From Octopus vulgaris (lineage: Eukaryota): a stretch of 64,000 nucleotides of DNA. The stretch covers positions 21,204,001-21,268,000 of the forward strand of contig OX597841.1 of the NCBI GenBank assembly GCA_951406725.2, in the 5' to 3' direction. A program made the translations under genes and the position numbers. The notes beneath the pieces were generated by a model. That model worked only from the letters and a program-made list of their open reading frames with translations. It had not been told where the DNA came from and did no database searches. The number at the start of each line of letters is the position of its first letter. Position 1 is the stretch's first letter. Of this stretch, positions 52,175-64,000 are shown piece after piece.

Positions 52175-55100
52175 ACATATAAGCCAAAAGTCAGTATTAC
52201 CTTGTCCACCAGGATAAAGTGTCCTGAAGGCCTTTCCGAGCTCCTCAGCCTGTATTTTGCCAGCAGGGGTCAGCTCTCCTCCCCATTTCACAATGAGCAC
52301 CAGAGATGGTTCCCGTGGACAGTCTGGCATTGCGACACGGAAAACAGAAGAAGACGGATGAGAATTAAGAGGGGAAAAAGATTAATTCCAGCACCACACC
52401 TCGTTTATTTATTAATGAGATAAGCAGAGATACCTCTACAGAGTAGCTAGACATGGTAGAAATTGTAACCAAATTTCCCTCAAATCAAACTTTACTGTCT
52501 TATATATGAGCTAAGCAGCGGAGTCTCTATATCAGTGCTTTTCAAACTTTTTGCTGGAGCGGAACCCCAAGGAAACATTCCATTGGCTCGGGGGAACCCC
52601 TGTGCAATAATTTAATAGTCTTATGCACACATATCTGCACAGGAGAATTAAAAATTACTGCCGATTTTAGCAGTTTTGTAACTTCTTGCGGAACCCCTGG
52701 ACTATACTGGTGGAACCCTAAGGTTCCGCAGAACCCTGGTTGAAAACCACTGATATATGGTGGCTAGACCCAGTAGAAATAGCAGCCACATCTCCTTCAA
52801 ATCACCACCCCCTACTGTCTTGTGTATGTATGTATATATGAGCCTATGAAATCAACTCTTCTTGCTTATGTATGAGACGCTGAGGGGAAAGCCTCTAAAT
52901 AGTAGCTAGACATGGCAGAAATAACAACCAAATCTCCCTCAAATCATATCATGTCTTAAATATGAGCCAACAGAGAGACACCTCCATATGGTAGCTAGAC
53001 TTGTAAGAAAATAGCAGCCAAATTTCTCTCAATTCACACTCTGTCATCTTATGAAATGAAGGATACACATGATTTTGTGGTTCCAGACATATGAAAAGAC
53101 AAAATCATCAAGACCGGAATCCCTTTTATCCTAACCCTTTCAGTACCCTATTTATTATGGAGATTCTTTGTGTTTCTTTCAATTAATTTCAAATATAACA
53201 AAGAATTTAGTAAAATAAGTTCGTTATCATTAAGCTAGAGTTAGGGACATAAATTGTGACTAAGGTTTGGTGGAAGATTTTATTCAAAACTTTTGAAAAC
53301 AAGACATTTGTTCTACTGAGCTAGAGGAGGTTTCAGCTGGGTTGGTATCGAAAGGGCTAAGAACACTTCTACATTTGAGCAGATGGACATTAGAAGAGGT
53401 TGAAAAGGTGTGGATTGAAGGAAATTTAGGCTATCATTTCTAGCATATAGAGTGACCACATTGAGGTCTTCGTTTCATCATGCTCCAGTTCACTCAGCTG
53501 GCAGAAATGAGTGAATCCTGCGACGGATCAGCGTCCCGTCCAGGTGGAGCATTTATACATCATTGAAACTGGGAAACTGGCCCTGGCATGGCTCATGAAG
53601 GAAACATTGGTCGGCCCGGGGCTATAGCAGAAGACACTTGCCCGAGATGCCACGCAGTGGGACTGAACCCGGAACCATGTGGTTGGTTAGCAAGCTACTT
53701 ACCACATGGCCACTCCTGCGCCTCAATATTGCATCTCAATATTTATTTAATTAATATTTAATTAATATTTAATCTTCGGGGATAAGCTGTGCTTGAGTAG
53801 AAGAGCCACCAAGCCAAGTACAACTGTAGCAGTGGTAGATACACACGACTGGTGCCCGCGCCAGTGGCACTTCAAAGAACCCATTACACTCTGTAAAGGG
53901 CATCCAGCTGTCGAAACCATGTCGAATCAGACTGGGGTCAGGTGCAGCCCCTCAGCTTACTAGCCCTGCTCAAATTGCCCAACCCATGCCAGCATGGACA
54001 ACGGACGTTAAATGATGATGATGATGATGATGGTGATTGTTTGTTGCTTTTTTTCATTTTGTTCTTTTATTTTTTGTTTGGGGCTTTCAACAATAACGAC
54101 ATCAACAACATCAACAGAGAATCGTTTGCTGCATAAAATTAACAATTTAATTAACGAATTCATAAAGTAAACAACAACGTCAACAACAACAACAACAACA
54201 AAGAGGAACAAAACAAGAACAGAAAAAGGCAGGTAAAAATAAGAAGAAATTGTAAAAGACAAGAAAATGAAAGAAAGAAAGAAGAGAAGAAGGAAAAAGA
54301 CAAAAAGAACTAAGGAAAAATTTATGGCACTTGAGGAAAAGTGAAAGGAACTTACGTAGGACGGTGGTGCCCCAGCATGGCCGTGGCCTTCGGGCTAAAA
54401 TATTTTTAAGGATTTAAGGACTGTATGATGAGGATTTAAGCTAGGACCATGGGGCTCTAAATACATTATACATACACACACATATATTTATAACTAGCAG
54501 TATCGCCCAGCGTTGCTCGGGTTTATAAGGGAAATAACTATACAAGCATTTTAGAGAGTTACTTCCCTTATATAATAGCGAAAAAATGCATTAAAATGGA
54601 AAAAAATGATGGTAAATTTTTTTTTAAATCGTAGACTCATCGTAGACGCGCGCTAATACCCAGAAGGGCTCGATATGAATGATGACTATAAGATACCCAC
54701 TTTTGGTTAAACTACACTGCAAAATGTGGGAGTAGTTACAATTTACACTGGCCTTGGTTTTGTTGTCTCATTTTATTTAACATATACACACTCACATATG
54801 ACCCACGTTAGACTCCTCACTCATACTATTATTGAACCGGGAGTCTAACAACAGTCCTTCCGTAGCACTTACAAAGCCTTACCTGCCTTTTGGATCTTCT
54901 GGATACCAAAACCTCTTGTGTATATGTATCTTTATATATAAAATTGAGGTTGTGTGTGTGAGACTCTGTCGCCTCCGATTTAGATTCCTAACTACTCCCA
55001 CATTTTGCGGTGCAGTTTAACCAAAAGCGGGTATTTTATAGTCATCATTCATATCGAGCCTTTCTGGGTATTAGCGCGCGTCTACGATGAGACTACGATT

Positions 55101-55738
55101 TAAAAACAAATTTACCATAATTTTTCCGCATTTTTAATGATTTTTGCTCGGGTTATATAAGGGAAATAACTCTCTAAAAATGCTTATATAGTTATTTCCC
55201 TTACAAACCCGAGCAACGCCAGGCGATACTGCTAGTATATATATATATATATATAAAACATAATATATATATAAAATATAATATATATATATATAAAATA
55301 TAATATATATATAATATATAAAATATAATATACTAGCAGTATCGCCCGGCGTTGCTCAAGTTTGTAGGGAAATAACTATAAAGCATTTTTAGAGAGTTGT
55401 AGCCAAAAAATAGCAAAAAAATGGAAAAAAACTGATGGTAAATTTTTTTTGAGAGTTAAAAAAAGGTCGAGTTGCGTCCCCTAGACAGTCTGTGGTTTGT
55501 GTTTCTAATTCTCGACCCCATGTCGAATTTATCGATTTTTTCAGAACTGGGGGAACTTTTCAAAATTTTCGCTGCGTTAGTTTTGAATTATGACATTGGG
55601 CTATGTGTGTGTCAAGTTTCATCAGAATCGGTTGAAAGCCGTGGTCAGGGTGAGGGTACAACCAAACAGACACACAGAAACACACACAGACAAACTGCCG
55701 TTTATATATAGAGAGATATATAATATATAAAATATAAT

Positions 55739-55783
<45 letters not shown>

Positions 55784-56281
55784 TATATATATATACAAAA
55801 TATAAATATATATAAATATATAATGCTGAGAGTTGCTGAGGCATGGAACAAACTGCCAGCATCAGTTGTTAGTTGTCGGAACACTGCATCCTTCAAAACT
55901 TCCATGCTTCCTGAGATTCGCCAACATTACACCTGATTTTCTCTCCTCCATACACATGCAAGCATGTATCTGACTCATACATTGTTCGCTTTTCAGACAT
56001 TTGTACATTACTGCAGATGCTTTATACGCACTTTCTGACAAGTTGTGGTGCACCTGAGCACTGTATACAATAATTTCATTATTATTATTTATAATATAAT
56101 ATGAGGGAATATTATTCCAAATTTACAGGGAAAAATTCAATTTAGAAATACGAAATCAAATTTCACCAAATATAGTATATATATATATATATATAAATTA
56201 GAAAAAAACCCACCTTTTATCAATTCAATAATGAAAAATTAAATTATACCATTTAGAAAAATTACATCTTTTATATATATG

Positions 56282-56333
<52 letters not shown>

Positions 56334-56424
56334 AATATATACTTTATTGAAAAGCATATTACTCTACCTCTAGTATTTGAGTGCTCTTTTTAACACCTTG
56401 TTTCACATTTATTTGCATACTCCA

Positions 56425-56464
<40 letters not shown>

Positions 56465-56599
56465 CACGCACACATATATTCGCATACACACATATATATA
56501 TATCATACACACAAAAGCACACATATTTAATGTACAATACTGAGAAAGGCATGAATGTCTCACAACCGCTATTCTTTCACTGCTCTTTCTGATTCTACC

Positions 56600-56644
<45 letters not shown>

Positions 56645-57373
56645 TAAATAGTTTCTAAACATAGACAGGGGCCAGGAAATTGTCTTCAAAAATGTTAAAA
56701 CTTTACACAAAATTGATTTTAAAAAAAAGCATCAATAAAATAAATTTTGTCAAAATCACAAATATTTTTTAAAAAGAGAAAGGTATTTTTTTTTCTTTAA
56801 ATATTGAGTCTGGAGGGTGGGGCACAGCCCTCGACTTTTATGGGCTCCTTCAGACTGGAAAAACGGACGTTCTGTTAAAAACAGTTGCAGGTCAATTTCT
56901 GCAGGAAGGACATGAGCAGGGGAGGAGATTCCTGAGGGATGATGGTCGGAGGAATAAGAATTGAGGACATTGGTTAGAGGGGGTACGCACCGAGGGTGGA
57001 AATAGGTGGGAAGATAAATGGGTTAGGGGTATCTAAGATTTGGGGGTACATGACCAGCCATCTCTGATGAACAGAGGCCATTATAGTAGGGATAGTGAAA
57101 GAGAGGGAAAGGAGACAGCAGACTTTTGGAACAGAGGCTGGAGTGTGTCTGAGTGATGGAATACTCTTTTACTGTTTTACTTGTTTCAGTCATTCGACTG
57201 CGGCCATGCTGGAGCACCGCCTTTAGTAGAGCAAATCAACCCTGGGACTTATTCTTTGTAAGCCCAGTACTTATTCTATCGATCTCTTTTGCCGAACCGC
57301 TAAGTGACAGGGACGTAAACACACCAGCATCGGTTGTCAAGCAATGCTAGGGGGGACAAACACAGACACACAA

Positions 57374-57420
<47 letters not shown>

Positions 57421-57589
57421 CATATATACGACAGGCTTCTTTCAATTTCTGTCAATCAAATCCACTCACAAGGCATTGGTCGGCCAGGGGCTATAGCAGA
57501 AGACACTTGCCCAAGGTGCTACGCAGTGAGACTGAACCCGGAACCATGTGGTTGGTTAGCAAGCTACTTACCACACAGCCACTCCGGCG

Positions 57590-57640
<51 letters not shown>

Positions 57641-58134
57641 GACAGGCTTCTTTCAGTTTCTGTCTATCAAATCCACTCACAAGTCATTGGTCGGCCCGGG
57701 GCTATAGCAGAAGACACTTGCCCAAGGTGCCACGCAGTGGGGACAGAACCCGGAACCATGTGGTTGGTTAGCAAGCTACTTACCACACAGCCACTCCTGC
57801 GCCTATAATTAAAAGAGACAAACAGAGTGGTGGTTTAAGATGGAGAGAAGGGTCGGTAGGGGTTAGGGTCGATGGTTTGGAGCCAGTGACGAGATTTAAT
57901 GTCAATCAGTTGAGTGGCCCTTCTTTGGATGTGGCCCCTGATGTCAGAGTGTGTGTAGCAGCAGCAGCAGCACTGTTCCAGATGTGTAAGAGCAGAACTG
58001 CATTGAACCTTGCAGAATATCAGCAGCTGTTATGACATGAAATATCTTCTCATGCTAAAGAGAAAAGTACATCATTAGGATATGCGCACGCACACACGAG
58101 TGAGAAACCTCTGCTTGTGTTGGATCAGGGATAT

Positions 58135-58172
<38 letters not shown>

Positions 58173-58425
58173 CACCTCTGCCATGAACTTGGATCATCTC
58201 TCTGCTTCTACCCTCGTTTTTCCAGGGATAAGGATGAAAGGCATGAAACAAAAACCAACACATAGGCGCAGGAGTGGCCGTGTGGTAAGTAACTGCTAAC
58301 CAACCACATGGTTCCGGGTTCAGTCCCACTGCGTGGCACCTTGGGCAAGTGTCTTCTGCTATAGCCCCGGGCCGACCAATGCCTTGTGAGTGGATTTGGT
58401 AGACGGAAACTGAAAAAAGCCTGTC

Positions 58426-58462
<37 letters not shown>

Positions 58463-61400
58463 CGCAGTAGTAGCTGTGTGGTAGTAGCTTGCTAACCAAC
58501 CACATGGTTCCGGGTTCAGTCCCACTGCGTGGCATCTTGGGCTAGTGTCTTCTGCTATAGCCCCGGGCCGATCAATGCCTTGTGAGTGGATTTGGTAGAC
58601 GGAAACTGAAAGAAACCTGTCGTATATATGTGTGTATATATATATATATATGTGTGTGTGTTTGTGTGTCTGTGCTTGTCCCCCTAGCATTGCTTGACAA
58701 CAGATGCTGGTGTGTTTACGTCCCCGTTACTTAGCGGTTCAGCAAAAGAGACCGATAGAATAAGTACTGAGCTTACAAAGAATAAGTCCTGGGGCCGATT
58801 TGCTCGACTAAAGGCGGTGCTCCAGCATGGCCGCAGTCAAATGACTGAAACAAGTAAAAAGAGAGAGAGTAAAGAGTACAGCAATAGGAAGAAGTGCAAT
58901 ATCAAACGAAAACAAGGTTAAACTCAACAAAAACAATAAAGGGTCAACACGAAAACACTCCCCAATAGGGAAACCCCTCACACATTCACACACACATCCA
59001 AAATTAGGGGTCAGGGGGCTTACTCTAACGCATCGAAAAGTAACTGTCCCGACATTGGGAATAAAGCAACAAATTTTAAGAGAATGACATAGAGGTGATT
59101 ATGCTGACATTCCACCCCCTTGCCCCTATATTTCAGGCGGGGAACCTAATTTTAGTGTCCCCGGTAAGATAGAATAGGAAAAAAAGAAAAAAGTCAACCT
59201 CAGCAAGGATATGAACTGAGAACACAAAAAGATGTAACACCACAACACACTTTGCCCACCATTTCACCACCTCTGCCAGTACAAGTCTTCAAGAATAACA
59301 GTTTAGTTTGAGGGGAGGGTTTAGCCAACACTATTGACCCCTTTTTACTCTTTTACTTGTTTCAGTCATTTGACTGCGGCCATGCTGAGCACTGCCTTTA
59401 GTCGAGCAAATCGACCCCGGGACTTATTCTTTTGTAAGCCCAGTACTTAGTCTATCGGTCTCTTTTGCCGAACCGCTAAGTAACGGGGACGTAAACACAC
59501 CAGCATCAGTTGTCAAGCAATGCTAGGGGGGACAAACACAGACACACAAACACACACACACACATATATACGACGGGCTTCTGTCAGTTTCCGTCTACCA
59601 AATCCACTCACAAGGCTTTCGTCAGCCTGGGGCTATAGCAGAAGACACTTGCCCAAGGTGCCACGCAGTGGGACTGAACCCGGAAGCATGTGGTTGGTAA
59701 ATAAGCTACTTACCACACAGCCACTCCTCCGCCCTGTACAAGGCTGATACATTATTTCATGGAGTACCAATGATGCAAGCCTGTTGACCTCAGAAAATTT
59801 GAACCGAGAATGTAAACAACCAATTAATAATAATAGTTACTGATTTAGACACAAGGCCAGTCCTTTTGAGGGGAGGGGCCAGCCAATACTATCAACCTCA
59901 GTATTTGACTGGTACTTTAGTTTATCGACCTCAGCAGGATTTGAACTTGGAACACACAGAGTCGGAATTAATAATAATCCTTTCTACAATAGGCACAATG
60001 TTTGAAATTTCAGAGGGCGCTAGTAAATAACGTTGAGCCCAGTACACAACTGGTATTTATTATTGCCCCCGAAAGCATGAAAGGCAAAGCCAACCTTGAC
60101 AGAATATGAATTTAAAATAATTCTTTCTTCTTTAGGGACAAGACCTGAATTTTTCAGTATGCTGTGCGTGAGAAGACCCGGCAGGACAAGTGAGACCATA
60201 ACCCATGGCCTCAGTCCACTTATGCATACCTTTCCTTCTTGGGACACAAAACACTACTTGTGAAGACCTGTTGAGGCAAGTGAAAATCAAATCGAAATCA
60301 AAATCGATCAGCATCAATGGAAATTGTAGCTGTGATACCAGTGCCGGTGGCACATAAGAGAACCATCCGAACATGGCCGTTCCCAGCGCCGCCCCGACTG
60401 GCTTCCGTGCTGGTGGCACGTAAAAAGCACCATCCGACCGTGGACATTTGCCAGCCTCGCCTGTCACCTGTGCCAGTGACATGTAAAAAGCACCATCCGA
60501 TCGTGGTTGTTTGCCAGCCTCGTCTGGCACCTGTGCCGGTGCAAGCACGTAAGCACCAGCCAATCGTGAGACTGAACCCGGAACCATGTGGTTGAAAATT
60601 TTCAACATGTGCTCCACCACACTGCCACTCCTGCACCTATTTCAAATCTCTCCTTAGCGTTGCAAAGACATTTTCAACATGTGCTCCATCTGTGTCCCTG
60701 TACTGAGGAATTTCAAATCAAGTCAAGTACACCATCAAAATCAATGGAAACTGCAGTTGTGATCCCTGTGCCAGTGGCACGTAAAAAGCACCATCGGAAC
60801 ATGGCCGATGCCACCGCCGCCTTGACTGGCTTCTGTGCCGGTGGCATGTAAAAAGCACCATCCGAATCGTGGCCAATGCCAGCACCGCCATGACTGGCTT
60901 CCGTGCCGGTGGCACGTAAAATGCACCAATCCGATCGTGGCCGTTGCCAGCCTCGCCTGGCACCTTTGCCGGTGGCATGTAAAAAGCACCCACAACACTC
61001 ATGGAGTGGTTGGCGTTAGGAAGGGCATCCAACTGTAGAAACACTGCCAGATCAGACCGGAGCCTGGTGCAGCCCTGGCTTCCCAGACCCCGGTCGAACC
61101 GTCCAACCCATGCTAGCATGGAACAACGGACGTTAAACGATGATGATGATGATGATGACTGCTAACCGAATGTGATTTCTTTAAGAGGAGCCAAACTATT
61201 GCTCCATCCAGGGGACGGGGTCAGAGAAAAGGACTGCAGCCCAAATTGAACAGATACAGATAAGCAGGGTCCAACAGAAATGACAAGAAAACAAAATAAA
61301 ATAAAAAATACTAAAAATTATAAAATTACAAACAAAATTTTAAATTTATACATTTCTAACAAATATTGAACACGATAAACATAAACAAAAGGGAGTCATT

Positions 61401-61505
61401 AAAACAAATCTCAGATTTCACTGAAATTAATAGTTAATTCTGGAAGACCCTGTATATATGTATGTGTATACGTATACATAGATATACATACGCAATCATA
61501 TGTAA

Positions 61506-61556
<51 letters not shown>

Positions 61557-61621
61557 CTTCGAATGACCCGTCTGTTTTCTGTTCTCTTTGTGTATTTCAC
61601 GTTCTTGTTTCTTTGTATATA

Positions 61622-61660
<39 letters not shown>

Positions 61661-61827
61661 ATAATTAGGGTTCAGCAGAGATTCGGTATGTGATGAAGCA
61701 AATCTTTGCTGAACCCTAATTATAAAGTATTACTTAAGCTTACCATGAAATGGTCCTCTTATCATGCCGAATTCTACTTGGTGAAATTACTGATTACTTC
61801 TTAATTAATTAATTTTACCCTTTGTTA

Positions 61828-61868
<41 letters not shown>

Positions 61869-62294
61869 TATATACATTCATATACCCACACATACATGTT
61901 TACACACGTGAGAAAAGACAGAGGAAAATACACACACACAGATACATACATATATATATTCATATATATATACATATATATATATACATATATATATACA
62001 TATATATACATATATATATACATATATATATATGTAAACATATACATACATATATATAGAGAGAGATATATACATATATATATACATATACATATATATA
62101 TATATGTAAACATATATATAATATATACATATATATATATATATAGATAGATATATACATATATATATATATAGATAGATATATACATATATATATACAT
62201 ATATATACATACATATATATACATATATACATATACATATATACATATACATATATATACATATATACATATACATATATATACATATATACAT

Positions 62295-62361
<67 letters not shown>

Positions 62362-62592
62362 ATGTATGAGTGTGTGTACAGCCGTACTGGTACGGTGGTA
62401 GTGGTGGTTATGGTGGTTGTGGTGGTGGTGGTGGCCAACTGGCGGCAACAGCAGCAGCAGCAGCAGCAACAACAGCAGCAACACTGGTGAAGGAAGGAAG
62501 CGTTCACCTTACCCTGGTCAATACTGCTCTGATCGTAACCATACGGCTGGTACTTTAACTGCACCTTCCGGTTAATTCCAGTGAATTTGTAC
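50303..62592 (-). CDS. PPIP5K: Inositol hexakisphosphate/diphosphoinositol-pentakisphosphate kinase (VIP1/PPIP5K), internal exons of the histidine-acid-phosphatase-like domain, partial
   Basis: Four phase-compatible exons spell [14 protein letters not shown]...[93 protein letters not shown], which I recognise as PPIP5K. Confidence 0.93.
51143..51650 (-). mobile_element. Interspersed repeat with (GAT)n tail, three tandem copies (family also at 2503, 43076, 48885, 53850, 60150-61157)
   Basis: Shared ggatgcccttcctaacgccaaccac core and catcatcatcgtttaacgtccg end. Confidence 0.7.
51737..51855 (-). CDS. PPIP5K: PPIP5K exon (G)[39 protein letters not shown]
   Basis: ttcag acceptor, GTATGT donor, 119 nt. 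Confidence 0.93.
52201..52323 (-). CDS. PPIP5K: PPIP5K exon (D)[40 protein letters not shown]
   Basis: gccag acceptor, GTAATA donor, 123 nt. Confidence 0.9.
52533..52752. mobile_element. hAT-like MITE
   Basis: TIR cagtgcttttcaa / ttgaaaaccactg; TSD not clean. Confidence 0.5.
54494..55716. mobile_element. Cluster of three Helitron-like copies (54494-54740 -, 54929-55235 +, 55333-55716 -)
   Basis: Shared CTAG/hairpin terminus; two share the body of 8496-8983. Confidence 0.75.
55822..56090 (+). mobile_element. CR1/L2-like LINE 3' end
   Basis: [15 protein letters not shown]...SFK motif and (ATT)n tail. Confidence 0.65.
62513..62592 (-). CDS. PPIP5K: PPIP5K exon [26 protein letters not shown]
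   Basis: ctgcag acceptor, GTAAGG donor, 80 nt. Confidence 0.9.
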
Positions 62593-62835
62593 CTGCAGAG
62601 AGTAAGAAGCACAAGAGGAGGAGGAGGAGGAGGAAGAAGAAGAAGAGAGAGAGAGAGAGAGAGAGAGGAAGTACAGCGTGGTGGGAGAGTAGAAAAAGAG
62701 AGAGAGAGAGAGAGAGGAGGAGGAAGAAAGAGAAAAAGAAAAAATAAAGAGAGTTGACATACGAAATATATAAAGTGTGTATATATGTATACATACATAT
62801 GTGTATGCACATATGTATGTATGTGTATATATATG

Positions 62836-62919
<84 letters not shown>

Positions 62920-62920
62920 C

Positions 62921-62953
<33 letters not shown>

Positions 62954-62985
62954 TATGTATATGTGTGTGTATATATATGTATGTA

Positions 62986-63021
<36 letters not shown>

Positions 63022-63588
63022 TGTATACATTATAATATAATAATGATGAGGAAGATGATAATTTCAACTGGTAAAGTGATGTGCATGCATTATATGTATG
63101 TATGTATGTATATATACATATATGTTGAGACAAATGTATATGCAGTGATGAATGTGTATGTGTATATATATGCAGATAAATGTTGAAATATAGGTATGTG
63201 AACAGATGTGTATATGTATATATGGATGTACATCAAGGTATATGTAGGTATATGCACATATATAGATATCTGTTAAGATGTAGATAGGCATATATATATA
63301 TGGATATATACGATGTATGTATATATATACGATGTATGTATATATATACGATGTATGTATAGACATACATATATATAAATATATACTTACGTATGTATAG
63401 ATATATGTGTAAGTATAGACGTGTGTGTATATAATCTATGTATATGTGTGTATGCATATATGTGTGTATGTATAATATATGTGTATGTATATAATCTATG
63501 TATATGTAAGTATGCATATATGTGTGTATATATATGCGTATGTATATAATCTATGAATATGTATGTACATACAATATGAGTGTGTGTG

Positions 63589-63619
<31 letters not shown>

Positions 63620-63799
63620 ACAGAGAAGGGTTTCTCTATATGAATGCCTGTCCATTAACCATTTTGTTCTTTACATAAGTAATTGATATACATACAACTA
63701 GTAGTAATCCGTTCCAAGCCACCCCAAACTCCAAAGACAGACAAGAAATGGTAAGTCACTTGTCCCTCTATCATTAATTATCAAATAGATAAACAAACT

Positions 63800-64000
63800 T
63801 TGGCATTCAAAGTTACCCCAACTGCAGAACGGGGCGCCACTGCATGGTGCCAAAGATTCCAACATCACCATCAAAATACAGGACCAGATACTGCAACAGC
63901 TTGGGTTTCAGAGGACCACAGCTCTTCAACATCCTCCCTAAATGCCTGAGAGACTTGCATGGTGTGGATGTGGGTTTCTTTAAAACTAAACTGGATCTCT
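63800..64000 (+). mobile_element. CR1/L2/Jockey-group LINE C-terminal fragment
   Basis: GRHCMVPKI...NSLGFRGPQLFNILPKCLRDL...FKTKLDL. Confidence 0.65.

Noticed and set aside
61659-61726. Short inverted repeat with GTGATGA, a possible fourth hammerhead
   Set aside because: Core C missing and no matching GAAA/stem III found

Overview
Eukaryotic, AT-rich, microsatellite- and SINE-dense genomic DNA. The repeat families look cephalopod, probably Octopus (inferred from recall, not searched). Almost all ORFs in the supplied track are repeat artefacts. Two real spliced genes lie on the minus strand, separated by a 100-N scaffold gap (41710-41809). (1) 1238-40903: an extracellular leucine-rich-repeat gene with 26 stop-free 72-nt phase-2/2 exons of one 24-aa LRR each, one in-frame 48-nt derivative and an LRRCT-like cap exon. 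Each exon sits in a duplicated intron-flank cassette, and several duplication events can be read directly, including a SINE-mediated unequal crossover. (2) 50303-62592: four exons of PPIP5K/VIP1 (phosphatase-like domain). Introns carry tRNA-derived SINEs, a decayed mariner, non-autonomous Helitrons, RLE-type/RTE/CR1 LINE fragments, MITEs, satellites and three loci with Penelope-type minimal hammerhead ribozyme motifs, two of them inside long fold-back inverted repeats.
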